Part shown: one piece after another, positions 27,433 to 41,500 of the stretch
How positions within the stretch are numbered: position 1 is the stretch's first letter
Layout: each line of letters starts with the position of its first letter
Assembly (NCBI RefSeq): GCF_036588685.1
Contig: NW_026963297.1
Span: 2,728,001-2,792,000 of the forward strand
Length of the DNA: 64,000 nucleotides
DNA from: Mytilus trossulus
Lineage: Eukaryota
Direction: 5' to 3'
Notes under the pieces: model-generated
Databases searched by the model: none
The model's input: only the letters and a program-made list of their open reading frames with translations
Told to the model about the DNA's origin: nothing
Translations under genes and position numbers: made by a program

Positions 27433-30400
27433 TCAAAATACCAAAAAAAAATCAAAATAACTTTCAGAAAATTTAATGACTGGAGACAAACACTGCAGAT
27501 CTATCCCGTACTGCTGTTCTCTGTGCTGTGACGCTCTAATGGCTTCCAGGGCCACAGTAGACCTTCTCTGCATTTCCAGCATCTGCTCCATAATCTTAAG
27601 TTTTTGGGCTCTATACTCCTCTACTTTTTGGAGTTTACTTGCTTTAAGTATGAAATACCTCTCAGAGGAAGCATTTTCATTACTGATGGCAGCTATAAAA
27701 TATATAAATATATAGTTAAAACATTTATAGTGAAAAGAAAAATACTTTAAGTTTAAACATTTGTGTTACATTTTATAAATTTTTTGTTTTGTAAACGACA
27801 AACTTTCATTTCTGCCAACAAAGTTGTATTGATTAACACTAAAATTTTACAGATTTTTAAATGCTTTATTCAAAGTTTTGTTTTGGGTGCCATGTATGTT
27901 ATATAATTATCGGGCAACAGATCAAATTTGAGTTGCATGTTGATAAAGTTAAATTTGTGATATTAATGGCTCTTAATATATTAAGATTGCAAAACATGTT
28001 TATTTTTGACAGCCAATAGGGGATACTGTATTGCACAAGAAATACTCTCAGAATTATTGATGATTTTATCTATTTTTATGGCAAAAGCACAATATGATTA
28101 CCTCTTTTCTTCCCATTTGATGCAAAAGATGAATTAGCACTACTGCTACTGGTTTGTGCCTGTGAACCAACATCTGTTAATATAAAAAATTAAGACAAAA
28201 TTAACCATCATATAAGAATAAGTATTGAATTATTATTTTAAAATATGAAGCAGTTTGCTGATTTCCCTCCTTTTTTGGTGGAATTCTTTTGCATTTATTT
28301 TATAAATTAAATTAACTATTTTTTTATAACATGGTTCTGGTAGTTGTTGTCTCTTAAATACATATATCAAATTTGATAAGTGAGCAACTAAAAATATTCA
28401 ATGATTGCATCTTCATTTGTGACTCACTTACATAATATATAACTAGAGGCTCTAAAGAGCCTGTGTCGCTCACCTTGGTCTATGTGAATATTAAACAAAG
28501 GAAGCAGATGGATTCATGACAAAATTGTGTTTTGGTGATGGTGATGTGTTTGTAAATCTTACTTTACTAAACAGTCTTGCTGCTTACAATTATTTCTATC
28601 TATAATGAACTTGGCCCAGTAGTTTCAGTGGAAAATGTTAATAAAAATTTACAAATTTTATGAAAATTGTTAAAAATTGACTATAAAGGACAATTACTCC
28701 TTAGTGGGTCAATTGACCATTTTCAGATTTGCTCTAATTGCTTTGTTTTTTGAGTTATAAGCCAAAGACTGCATTTTACCCACATATTCTAATTTTAGAC
28801 GTGGCGGCCATCTTGGTTGGTTGACCGGGTCACGCCATACATTTTTTAAACTAGATAACCAAAAGATGATTGTGGCCAAGTTTGGATTTATTTGGCCAAG
28901 TAGTTTCAGGGGAGAAGATTTTTGTAAAAGATAACTAAGATTTACGAAAAATGGTTAAAAATTGACTATAAAGGGCAATAACTCCTAAAGGGGTCAACTG
29001 ACCATTTCGGTCATGTTGACTTATTTGTAAATCTTACTTTGCTGAACATAATTGCTGTTTACAGTTTATCTCTATCTATAATAATATTCAAGATAATAAC
29101 CAAAAACAGCAAAATTTCCTCAAAATTACTAATTCAGGGGCAGCAACCCAACAACGGGTTGTCCGATTCGTCTGAAAATTTCAGGGCAGATAGATCTTGA
29201 CCTGATAAACATTTTTACCTCATGTCAGATTTCCACTTAATGCTTTGGTTTTTGAGTTATAAGCCAAAAATTGCATTTTACCCCTATGTTCTATTTTTAG
29301 CCGTGGCGGCCATCTTGGTTGGTTGACCGGGTCATGCCACACATTTTTTAAACTAGATACCACAAAGATGATTGTGGCCAAGATTGGATTAATTTGGCCA
29401 AGTAGTTTCAGAGGAGAAGATTTTTGTAAAAGATAACTAAGATTTACGAAAAATGGTTAAAAATTGACTTTAAAGGGCAATAACTCCTAAAGGGGTCAAC
29501 TGACCATTTCGGTCATGTTGACTTATTTGTAAATCTTACTTTGCTGAACATAATTGCTGTTTACAGTTTATCTCTATCTATAATAATATTCAAGATAATA
29601 ACCAAAAAACAGCAAAATTTCCTCAAAATTACAAATTCAGGGGCAGCAACCCAACAACGGATTGTCTGATTCATCTGAAAATTTCAGGGCAGATAGATCT
29701 TGACCTGATAAACATTTTTACCCCATGTCAGATTTCCTCTAAATGCTTTGGTTTTTGAGTTATAAGCCAAAAACTGCATTTTACCCCTATGTTCTATTTT
29801 TAGCCGTGGCGGCCATCTTGGTTGGTTGACCGGGTCACGCCACACATTTTTTAAACTAGATACCCCAATGATGATTGTGGCCAAGTTTGGTTCAATTTGG
29901 CCCAGTAGTTTCAGAGGAGAAGATTTTTGTAAAAGTTAACGACGACGGACGACGGACGACGGACGACGACGGACGCCGGACGCAAAGTGATGGGAAAAGC
30001 TCACTTGGCCCTTCGGGCCAGGTGAGCTAAAAAAGAAGATGTGGTATGATTGCCAATGAGACAACTTTCCACAAAAGACCAAAATGACACAAACATTAAC
30101 AACTATAGGTCACCTTACAGCCTTCAACAATGAGCAAAGCCCATACCGCATAGTAAGCTTTAAAAAGCTCTGATAAGACAATGTAAAACTATTCAAACGA
30201 GAAAACTAACTGCCTTATTTATGTAAAAAAATGAATGAAAAACAAATATGTAACACATGAACAAACGACAACCACTGAATTACAGGCTCCTGACTTGGGA
30301 CAGGCTCATACATAAATTATGTGGCGGGGTTAAAGTTATTGGAAAACTGGTCATTATCATGATATATGGACTGCCCACAGGACAGTCATATAGACTAAGA

Positions 30401-33400
30401 CACTGATATAGTCTAATAACTATAATAGACTGTGCAATGTTTCGGAATAGCTTAAATATTTGAAACAAAAAAAAGGCCAATACAGAAAAAAGTGTGAAAT
30501 AATGCTGTATTGTCTAAAGAAATCATCAAACGCCATGAAAAAATGAGAATTGTGGTGGTCTTTATATTAAAATGACCCTAAACAAAAATACCTTCATTTA
30601 AATCATCTGTTGGATTTCTATCTACTGGCATTTCATCCACTGATTGTATCAGGTTGTCTTGTTGAGCTACACATAGAAAAAAAGCATTCTCTGAAATTGA
30701 GTCTGAATATGAATAAAGAACATTTTTGAAAAAATTAAAATTTTGTATAATAGATTCATTTACTCCAAGAATATTTTCGCCAATTTTTGGTTTTGACTTG
30801 GAATTAAATGCATACTGTTCCAGAAATTTCTTAATCTCAAGGTGCATCTTTTTTGCTTGGTCAAGGACCGTACGATCTTTAACTGGTCAGGTTATATGGC
30901 GTTGTCACTTTATTTTCGATTGATGAGTTTGACTGTCCCTTTGTTTTTTTCCTCCATCTTTTCTAATTATGTAACAAATATGATATCAAATTAATGTCTT
31001 TGGCAAGCATGACAGGGGAAAATGTGGAAAACTGAAAAGTAGCAGTAAAAAAGTGTAAAAATATGTGTTATTTTTTCACGCTTGACATATGCAATCTTAG
31101 GACATAATACATTAGTCATGTTAATATAATATTAGTCTAATTATCAATGCAAATTTCATATATATATTCATATAAATGTAGTGGGCTATATGTGGAGAGT
31201 TGTCTGATTGGCAATCATACCACAGCTTTTTATCTATCTGTAGGAAGTTTAAATCTATTCACAGGTTAAAAAGAAGTTGCACTTCGAAAATATGAACAGA
31301 CAAGTTGATTTCCTTACACTGCAGTATTATACCTACATGACCTAGATACCTATCAGTCTTGCCTATAAAAAAACCTTCAAAATATATAACTATATCAAAC
31401 ATACTGAAATATCTTACACTGGGTGCATTTCTTTAACCTAAATCTGTAACATGTTTCAGTATAATGTTTTGAAATCAGAAACATGATTTAAGGGGGTTCG
31501 CAGGTCTAAATCATTAATATTTCGGATTTCTCTTTATTATTCTATAAATGAACTTAATCTTAAAGTAAATAGAAAAATAAAATAAAAAAGTGGGATCATT
31601 GTTTATTTGCGCTCACAATCTGCCTTCGAAAAGTCATACATTTTTGTAAAAATGGGGTTTTTCTGTTGAAGTAATAGGAGAAATAAAGTTAATATCGAAA
31701 TAAAAAAAGGAATTTATTACAGAAATCGCTCAAATTTTACAATAATTTAGTTTAAGTACAGCTTATATGGAAATTATATTAAAAAATATAGGTCACAGAT
31801 GAGTTGAAAAAGAAATTTCCATTTTAAAGCCAAAAAAAATTTTTTCACCAAAGGGAGATAATTTGGAACTTTTTCAATGATGTATACATTTTAAAAGTCA
31901 TCCGGGGCCAACAGGAATTGATTGTTTTGAATGATTTTTGTACCATATGATAAAGTAACAACTACAAAAGGTAACAAATAAAATTTGTATTGAAAAACAA
32001 ATGTTTATTTTTTTCTGAAATTTTTATACCCTCGAGCCTCCTTAAGGTATTATATAAACAAAATGTTTTATAAAACCAAAAGTGAAAACATGTTTTACCT
32101 CTAATCTTTAACTGAAGCCCCTACCCTAGTCCTAACACAACATCTTACTCTTACCCTTAACCAACCTTTAACCCTAACCTTCCCTGTTATCCTATCCATA
32201 CCTGTAACCCGAACCTTGCATAGAAAAAACAACATTTATTACATTTTATGTAATTTACCTGGAACAGGTTTTGAACAAACAAAGCTCTCAAAATCGGGAC
32301 ACCAATCTATCAATAAATTGAACAAATTTGGATTGATATCATTGATGGCATCTTTTCCAGAATCTGTTAGGTTATCAGTTATTTGTGAATACACTTTGTT
32401 GCTGGTTTTTTTTGTTATTACTGGTATATCAGCAGGTCCAGCTTTCTGTTTAAATATTTGGGCATCTCTTTCGTTGGAGGCCACATAGGACTTAAGTGTT
32501 TGACCATCAATAAACTGGTGGTATCTTGCTGGTATTAATGTTGCTATTGGACCATGAACTCTCTCTAAATAGCCATGATCATCTGAAATGACCCAATAAA
32601 ACTGATAAACAATACAGGGACTTTCTGTTTCCTTTTTTTGCTGTCCTTGCCATGGAAATTTTGAAATATTATTATGATTATATTATTGCATATCTACAAA
32701 TCAAAGTGTGACTGAAAGAAAGACAGAAGGACAGACAAGAGTAATGTAGATAAAACTGAACAAAGATTTTCTTAACGTGTCGGGAAAAAAATCATCACCC
32801 CCACTTGATAAGTACCTATATCGACTGTACCGATACCGATAATACACAGTGAAATAATATAAGATACATTGTAAACTAGAAAGTTTCTTTTGAGATATGA
32901 CAATCATGTATGAGATGCCCTGTTCATTGTTCATAGCATGTTTCGGTATCATGTTTCTGTTTCACTTAAAAGAAACGGTGAAACATAAAAATGATTAGGA
33001 AACATGTTTCAGATTCATGTAAAAGAAATGCGCCCCAGGATTACATGCAGACATAAAGAGTTGTGTAAATAGATATAGGAAGATGTGGTGTGAGTGCCAA
33101 TGAGACAACTCTCCATCCAAATAACAATTTAAAAATTAAACCATTATAGGTTAAAGTACGGCCTTCAACACGGAGCCTTGGCTCACACCGAACAACAAGC
33201 TATAAAGGGCCCCAAAATTACTAGTGTAAAACCATTCAAACGGGAAAACCAACGGTCTAATCTATATAAACAAAACGAGAAACGAGAAACACGTATATAT
33301 TACATAAACAAACGACAACTACTGTACATCAGATTCCTGACTTAGGACAGGTGCAAACATTTGCAGCGGGATTAAACGTTTTAATGGGCCCAAACCTTCT

Positions 33401-36400
33401 CCCTTTTTCTGAAACAATAGCATAACATCACAACATATAAAAACATACGATAAAATATCAATTAGCAGACTTAACTCAATCAAAAAACGTATGATTACAC
33501 AAAGAACGAATAAATTTGATCTGCGATATCTGAATACAAATGCACAGTTAATTAAATATTAGAGACAAACAGTCATGACCAAAAGGCTATCAAATAAATT
33601 CAAACACACTGAGAAATATTTAACCAATCAATGTTCACTTTAGAAAAAAAACGTTTTTTTATAATCTTGAAGTTTATACAAATGTTGTAAGAATAAGTGA
33701 AAAATTGAAGATATTACAAATAATCAAAGCTGGTATACAGCCAAGATCCATATAAATAAAAAATGACAAAAAAGCATTATAAACAGTATCAACAGGTCGA
33801 ATTAACAAGAAAATACGATTTGAGAGTACTCGCAGTTACTGACAGCTAGTTAAAAGCCAAAACCAATTAATAGTAAAAAATCATGCATCAGAGACTAAAA
33901 TCGACTAAAACACATCACAGGGATTTAGTATTTTAACGTCATTAATAGTCAAAGAAGACATGACTTGTGCAATGCCAAAAATAAATGTATCGACAGGTAG
34001 TAGTATAGTGAAGAGCGACTTCTATAGAAATAAAAGTTAACGTGGCTGTGTCCCCTATACATCTCGCCTCAAAAGATAATGAAATTTAGTTATGTTTTAA
34101 TTTGCTAATGACAAAATCAATATTAGTGCCAATGTGAACTATATTCAGAGATCTAATTACAATATTGGTACGATAACCCTTACTTATAAGTTTGTTCAAA
34201 GGTTCGATGAGTTTACAAGGATCACATAGTGATTTCCTCGCTTTAAGTACAATATTACCATAAAATTTAGGATGAGAAATACCATTTTTAATAAGCTTTC
34301 TACAGGTATAGCCAAATTTACTAATCAAATCTTTGTATCTATGAAAGAATTTAGTAAAAGTTTTAAGTAATTTATGGTATCGAAATCCCTGACACAACAA
34401 TTTACCAGTGATGCATTGATTACGTTCGTTAAAATCTATGACATCAGAACACACACGGGCAAACCGAACGAGTTGCGATATATAAACACCGTATGATGGA
34501 GCCAAAGGCACATCGCCGTCTAAAAAAGGAAAATTAACAATAGGAAATGAAAAATCGTCTCTTTTGTCGTAAATTTTAGTGTGAAGTTTCCCGTTTGAAA
34601 TTGAAATGTCTAAATCTAGAAAAGGACAACTGCTGCTGTTTATGTTAGATTTAGTTAAAGTAAGTTCGTTTGGGTAAATTTCTGAAGTATATTTAGAGAA
34701 CTCTGGATTATTCAACGAAAAAATATCATCCAGATAACGGTAGGTATTTTTGAATGTATCAACCAAATGTAACAATGATGGGTCTTTACTGAGTTTGGTC
34801 ATAAACTGAGATTCATAGCAATATAGAAATAAATCTGCTATTAAAGGGGCACAGTTGGTGCCCATAGGAATACCTACTACCTGACGATACACTTTATCGC
34901 CGAAACGTACATAAATGTTATCAAGCAGAAAGTTTAAAGCTTCAATCATATCCTCACATTTCCAGTAAGTGTATCTAGCATACTTTCCTTTTTCGTTACA
35001 GAAAAAGGCCTTAAACGAGTTGCAGCAAATAAAATTACAATGAGATTTTTCGAAAGACCATTTTATCAAATACAAAAACTTTTTCTTTATAAGATTGTGT
35101 GGAAGTGTAGTGTACAGAGTAGAAAAATCATAACTGTCAACAGAATTGTAAGGACCATTGAAAGCATGTATTTTATCTAAAACCTCTAAAGAATTTTTAA
35201 CACTCCAAAAATAATTAATACCATTATTTTCATAAGCTTTATTACAAAAGCTAATAACCAGTTCTTTGATAGTAGTAAGGGAGGTGGTTAGAAGCACTGA
35301 TAGATTAGTAGTAGAACACTTACTCGAAGCGGAGATGAAACGGAATTTAAATGGTTTTTTATTGTTTATCAGTGTTTTCCCATTGATGACTTTCACCTAT
35401 CACACATTAACTTACATATGTATTAATGATTGTTGTTCTTGAGTTAATCCCCTTGGTTTACATGTCAATAACCTCTAAAATGTGTTTAAATTCTATATTA
35501 ATTACAAACCATTTGATTTTGGTTGTCCTCCAACTGCACCACTACCACAACTTATGTCAACAGAAGTGTCTGATGTGTCTGAGGTGTCAAAACCACCCTC
35601 AATTCCTTCAACCATGGTTTTTGTGAAGGTTCCTATAATCTAATTCAATAATTAAATTTTAAAAAGTTATAGTTAGATGATTCTTATACAATTTGCTTAC
35701 ATGTATTTATTAGGAAGTAAGCTCATATGAATTATGATTGGTCAATAAGGTACAAAAGTCACTGTCATGTAACATTCATCATCAAAACATACTTGCACTG
35801 ATACACAAGTATTGGACAATCATCATGATCATATGCATGATAAAGAAATTATTTCTCATAAGTAAAATTTGCAAAAGAAAGCATAAAATATTGCCTTCAA
35901 TTTGAATTGTTAAATTCCTATAACTGTGAAACAACAAATAAATCAAAAGTGAGCTTCTTACATCATACCCACAATAATGTAAAGTTTCAAGGAAATAAAT
36001 TTAGGCATAATATAAGTAACTTGCAAATTGTGAAAGTGTTTTGAGGTATTGTCCGAAAAAATTGATGACGGACTGACAGAAAGACAATGGTAAACCATAA
36101 TTAGATTAGTCTCATGGGCAATCATACCTAATCTTCTTATATATGTGTGTACTCACATTTTTTTCCCATGATTTCAACGTATCATCTGGTGGTGGTCCTC
36201 CTCCTGTTTTTTTTACTACCTGGAGTCTAGCAGACTCCTTCTTCTTTGCCAGGCTTTGTATGTCCTGCCATTTTTTTTTTATGTCAGCCACATCTCGTTT
36301 TATGGCCGAAGGGTTTACAGAGTTAACACTGGAAATCAATTCAAGATGTTGTTTAAAAATGAAGAAAAAGCATGTTTTGTGTACTATCTAATATTTTTAA

Positions 36401-36998
36401 CATGATCATTTCCATGATTTCTGACTATTAATAAAAAAAAAAATTAAATCCAGATTCTTCTCCAACAATGTCCAAGGTAAACAATATCACTGGGGTGATA
36501 GTGAGCAATATAAGTAAGAAAGTAAATTTTATTTAAAAGTCGGCATATATTTCATTGTATTTACATAATAACAGACAAAACAAGAGCTCTGGCTAGCCAG
36601 AGACATATAAATACATTTAGTATACATGTCTCTGGGCTAGCTATTTAAACGACTATAATACATTTTTAATTACATACATGTAGGTGCGATAAAAAAAAAG
36701 ACACAGAAAGTAAGCTTTAGCAGGTTTAATTTATATGCGAGTATTCATGAAATCACTGTTTCTATTATTTGTGTGTAATAAATGTGACAAATGATTTATA
36801 TGGGATCTGAAATCAGTGCAGTATGTAAATGTACATGTACCTTTCAGTTATCTCTGAATAGCATTTGTTTTTCGCATCATTTGAAACCGTCATGCTGAAC
36901 TTCCCTTTAATCAATCTGATATTGGTAGCAACACCATCAGTTAGAGCATTCAGCTCACTTTCCGTCCAATTTGGCTTTCTCTTCCTTTTATTTGCCAT
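27433..36998 (-). CDS. Harbinger accessory Myb/SANT-like (trihelix) DNA-binding protein, ~7 exons, ~396 aa
   Basis: Exons 36998-36841, 36328-36157, 35639-35510, 32582-32259, 30666-30592, 28173-28102, 27692-27433 (GT-AG, phase-consistent). N-terminus RKRKPNWTESE...KKKWQDI...KKTGGG, then VEGIEGG.DT and a C-terminal coiled coil. The middle exons are less certain. Confidence 0.75.
28441..30032 (-). mobile_element. Helentron-associated non-autonomous element (HINE/DINE-1-like) with ~502-bp internal tandem repeats
   Basis: Minus-strand 5' end TTTTAGCTCACC with inverted repeat and hairpin, GACG/GGAC microsatellite (29941-29982), internal repeat anchor at 28801/29303/29806, and a 3' end with GGTGAGC subTIR, stem-loop AGGCTC-TTTA-GAGCCT and CTAGTT. 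Confidence 0.8.
31492..32041. mobile_element. Kolobok-like MITE
   Basis: TTAA on both flanks (31488-91, 32042-45); imperfect TIR GGGGGTTCGCAGGTCTA versus TATACCCTCGAGCCTCC (GG termini). Confidence 0.6.
33069..35362 (-). mobile_element. 5'-truncated Penelope-like retroelement, Naiad-type
   Basis: RT ORF followed by ~1 kb of 3' region ending ...CACATCTTCCTATATCTAT. No C-terminal GIY-YIG; a long insert between RT motifs A and B' (insertion-in-fingers-like), as described for N-terminal-EN Naiad PLEs. Confidence 0.75.
34086..35360 (-). pseudogene. Penelope-like reverse transcriptase, N-terminally truncated but otherwise open
   Basis: Motifs KPFKFRFI, YDFSTLYT, QVVGIPMGTNCAP, RYLDD, FLDL, YDKRDDF, YGVYISQL. 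The first ~12 codons of the listed ORF (to 35396) appear to come from flanking DNA. Confidence 0.85.
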
Positions 36999-37855
36999 TT
37001 TGGAAAGTGTAAACAGCAGACGACATCCTGGCAGTTCTCTTTGTAAAACATGTCTAATAATTTGATCTAACCTTATATATCAAATGGTACCCATAAGTTA
37101 ATGTTCACAAAGGTACACAAACGATATAAAAAGCCAATCTATAAAAATCTCGAGCAGACGCTGTCAGTGCAGTTTCACATTCATTCATAAATTTCTGTGA
37201 ATGGAGCTCGGGAGTTGCAACTGGAAGATGAATATAAAAACAGGGAGAGTCATGCAAGTATCACGATATCGACGTACATAAATCAGAATAAAGTATATAT
37301 TTATGGTTGTTTGTTGAATCCAAGCAGCATTATACTTACTTTAAACAGTAGTCAGTACCTAGCACCTTGTCCGTGTGCTGCCATTTTGGATTGAAGTGAT
37401 AATCGGAAGTCGTCATTGCGCATGTGAAACGAAAGTGAAACAAGGTTGCTATGCAATTGTTTATCTTACGAGTAGTCGTAAGTTTTTACTTAAGATAAAA
37501 ACTTAAGAATACTCTTAAGATAAAAAATAATCTTACGACAGCCTTTGTGAAAATGACTTAAGATTTCACTTACGATACTCGTAAGATTAAATCTTAAGAT
37601 TTATCTTAAGATTTTTTGTGAAAAGGGCTGATTTTTAATAGAAAGCATACCTCTTAAACTTAAATACACATCTTTTTCTTATTGCAATAATTTATAACAA
37701 GAGCATAAATTTTAATGTGATGAAGCCTGCTAAGGTCGCATTTCACAACTATCAATCAACTAGATATGATGTAGCATTAGCACTGTTTTAATTAGATGAT
37801 ATCATATACTATTAGAACTCAGCTGCTAAGAATCATTTATGAATCAATAACTATG

Positions 37856-38026
37856 CAGTGGCGGATCCTGAAATTTTCATAAGTGGGGGCCCACTGACTG
37901 ACCTAAGAGGGGGCCCCGCTCCAGTCACGCTTTAGTCATTCCCTGTATAAGCAACCAAATTTTTTCCCAAAAAGGAGGGCCCCGGGACCCCTGCCCCCCC
38001 CCCCCCCCCCCCTAAATCCACCTCTG
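37856..38026. mobile_element. MITE with CAG...CTG ends and 5-bp TSD (hAT5-like)
   Basis: CAGTGGCGGATCC ... AATCCACCTCTG flanked by CTATG on both sides (37851-55, 38027-31). Confidence 0.7.
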
Positions 38027-38545
38027 CTATGAATACACAAAGACATATTTATAGAATAATAACCTTCTATGAAAACCTTTAAAGATCGCCTGTTTTAACA
38101 TATATATAAATATAAGAAGATGTGGTATTGGTACCAATGACACAAGTCAGTTACTCCCCATTCAAGTCACAATTTGTAAAAGAATAACCATTACAGGACA
38201 AATAACGGCCGTCATATTAACAAATAATTCAAGTCTCCTTCATAGTCATTGATAGTAGGCTTCATCTCCACTTTATTGAATAATTTTCAATGAAAAAAAA
38301 CCCAGACCTAGTCAAAGTACATGATATCTAGGTTAAACTTGCCATTCTAAAAATGGCGTACAGATTTAGACTCCCGCAGACCTAAGTAAAATGATAGTAG
38401 GCATTACAGAATCTTAACAAATAAACTTTGAACTTTACTAAGAAAGCCTGAAATAACCTTATTCACTGTAACTGCGGTCCTGAATCTCACGCATGCGCGT
38501 AACGGGCTCTGGGTGGATCCATAACAACAGCGTAAACAAACGATA

Positions 38546-41500
38546 ATGGTGAAGAGTTGTTGTGCGTATATGTGCCACAGTAAGGCAAACGAAGCAGCAA
38601 GAAATGCCGGTATTAGTTTTTTTAGGTTCCCAAAGGATAAAAGAAAGCGGTCATTGTGGACAAAGGTAATAAATAGAGCTGATTGGGAGCCAAATGACAG
38701 CGTCCGCATCTGCTCACTACATTTTGTTGACGGGTGGCACAGTGATGACCCAGATGATATAAATTATGTTCCAACCATCTTCCCATACAAGGAAAAGCCA
38801 CTAAGCACCAAACAGAAGGCACGGGAAACTAGAACCGTCTCCAGACAAGAATCAAAGGTTAAAATTTAAAAGCAAAATACCCCCCCCCCCCCCTTAATTT
38901 TAGTGTCATATGAGTAATGAAGGCCATTTAAAAATACTTGATGGAACTTAATACATGGTAAAAAATATGTAAAAATATTGGGAGGGGGGACTCATAAAAA
39001 TATCTCTTGAGCTAGCTATGAATTTATAATATCAGACTGAAAAACGTTTCATCAATTTAATGAATGAAATGAACCTATAATTTGTGTGGGTATCAGGTCA
39101 CGGGGGGTCAACTTCCTATTATTGGGTATACGGGGATGTGCCAAAAATATGGGTCATAGTTTTGCGAGATTTTATATAAGAATGACCCTCCTTTTTAATG
39201 ACATCCTATATTAAAATGCATTTACGTTTGTTAAATGTATATTGATTTGGGATATGATCTACATAGTATCATATATGAATATGCTAAATTGAGAATCTTT
39301 ATACATTATAAAATATATGTGCACCAAACCATGTCAATTTATATATAAAAACTTAAGGGTAGCTGGTATATTTATGAATTATGAGTGATGATGAGTTAGT
39401 GGTTATAAGCATGGGCCATATTTTAAATATTGTATATAAGAATAGGTCATTCTTTCTTAAATTTCTATATAACTATAGGTATTGAATTTCAGTGAATGTT
39501 ATATTAAAATGGGTACGTTTTTTTAGGCAAAAATGGCACACCCCTAAAGGTTAAGGTATATGGGTTAGGGTAAAATTTGGGGTAAAAATGGTTCAGCATA
39601 TATCTTTAAGGGCTGGGACCATTAAAGTAAAAGAAGGCCATGGATGGTGTGGTACGATTGCCAATGAGACAACTGTCCACAAGAGACCAAAATGGCACAG
39701 ACATAAACCGTGAACATAGTTGTAAAGCACAAACTGCCTTGTCGGCTACATGTATTAGGCCCTAAAATGGGTTTATAAGTTCATTTGTTTTACATAATCA
39801 ATCAAAATAAATTAATTTCAGTACTTCAATAATATTTTTAGAGTATCGTACCTAATAGTTAAAATATTAAATTAAATAAACTATAAAGATAATACAAATT
39901 GAGACATCAAGCCATAATATTCAATTTGTTGATTATAAAAAAAAGACCAAGATAACCAATCATAAATCTTTTGTAAATTACATGCATACAGTGTGCATAT
40001 TACTCATTTACTTTATTTTTTGCTTAAACAGGACTTATTAGCAGAGGAACAACTGCAGAGATGTATAGACCAGACAAATAGAGACAGTGCTATTCTTGCT
40101 CACTCCTATTCCACTGTAGAGCCAGAGGTAGAAATAAGTGTGGACCACAATGCCATGGATGTGGAAGACGACATAGAACTGCCCTATGTGCAAACAAGAA
40201 CAATAGGTACATTTTGTATTTCAAAATTCATATTTTAAATACCAATCAGTACTTATAAAAAAGAAGATGTGGTATGATTGCCAATGAGACAACTATCCAC
40301 AAAAGACCAAAATGACACGAACATTAACAACTGAATGTCACTGTAGGGCCTTCAACAATGAGCAAAGCTCATACCGCAGTCAGCTATAAAAGGCCCTGAG
40401 AAGACTGTAAAACAATTCAAACGAGAAAAACTAACGGCCTTATTTATGTAAAAAAAAATAAAAAAATGAATGAAAAACAAATAAGTAATACATAAACAAA
40501 CGACAACCACTGAATTACAAATACTGGCAGTCAGATGTAGCTAGAATCCCATGTAGGAAAAAGAGGGCAGTTCCATATATAACCCAATAAATTAAAACCT
40601 GATGAAATAATGAAACCCCCCAAAAAATCTTTGCTGAGCTCGGTTGCGTCTGAATGGTAAGCAGGTCTTGCTCAACATGTGACACCAATCATATTGCTCA
40701 ATTTATGTACATTTTTTTTTGTACTTGTAAATCATTTGACACGGTCATTCATGTTTTATTTAATCTTTTTTTAAGGTTTTCAATGTGACCCTGATCCATT
40801 GCTAATGGAAAATCTACTCCTGAGGAAAGAGATTAAGGAATTGAAAGACCAGCTTTCTGAAGAATCAAAGAGGAATAGTGGTATCCACAGAATTAAAGAT
40901 GATGACTCTGCTACCAAGTTCTACACTGGGTTACCAACATTCACAGTGTTTCTCTGGTTGTTCAAGTTAGTACATTAAAAAGCTCAAGCTCTAAATTCAT
41001 AATCAAATATTAAACTTTATTAGATTTCATAACATTTAAAACAACTAATCTTTTGGTGTTATTTAATTTCATAAAAATCAATTAATCTTTGGGTGTTCTT
41101 TAATATTAATTATGTTGAATCTAGATTTTGGTTATTGTTTGCTATTAAGTACATTTTGAAGTCCTTCATTCTATGTCAGATACCTGTGCTGTGTCAGAAA
41201 TTAAAATACAATCCAAATTCAGAGCGGTTTCAGATTTCAATTTGAGTTATCTCCCTTCTTTCAGAAAATTGGTCCTATAGTCATAAGACACCTCAAATAA
41301 AAAAAATAATGCGGATGTTTTTTATAACTCAATGTACAGTTTTCATTAAGAATTATAAAGAAAATTCTTTAATTCGTTCCTATTTAGAAGAATTATACTT
41401 TATCTTAATCGCTTCCTTCCCCTGACATATTTTTTGCATGCAAATTGACCTATCTCATAAAAATCAAGTGATCGCATAATGCTGAATGGATGTCCTTAAC

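Larger units (their letters stand above)
14162..37629 (+). mobile_element. PIF/Harbinger DNA transposon (two-gene, intron-containing) with nested insertions
   Basis: TIR AGCCCTTTTCACAAAAAAT.TTAAGATAAAT at 14162 and its reverse complement ending at 37629. CTTAAG-rich subterminal regions. Encloses a DDE transposase (+) and a convergent Myb/SANT-like gene (-). No clean 3-bp TSD. Confidence 0.9.

Noticed and set aside
32098-32216. Interstitial telomere, or an extra exon of the Myb-like gene
   Set aside because: CCCTAA-like units are highly degenerate and short, and the phase needed to join the neighbouring exons hits a stop codon.
34086-35396. Selenocysteine-containing Naiad, telomerase or bacterial RT
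   Set aside because: No in-frame TGA in the visible ORF; the motifs and 3' structure fit an ordinary truncated PLE.
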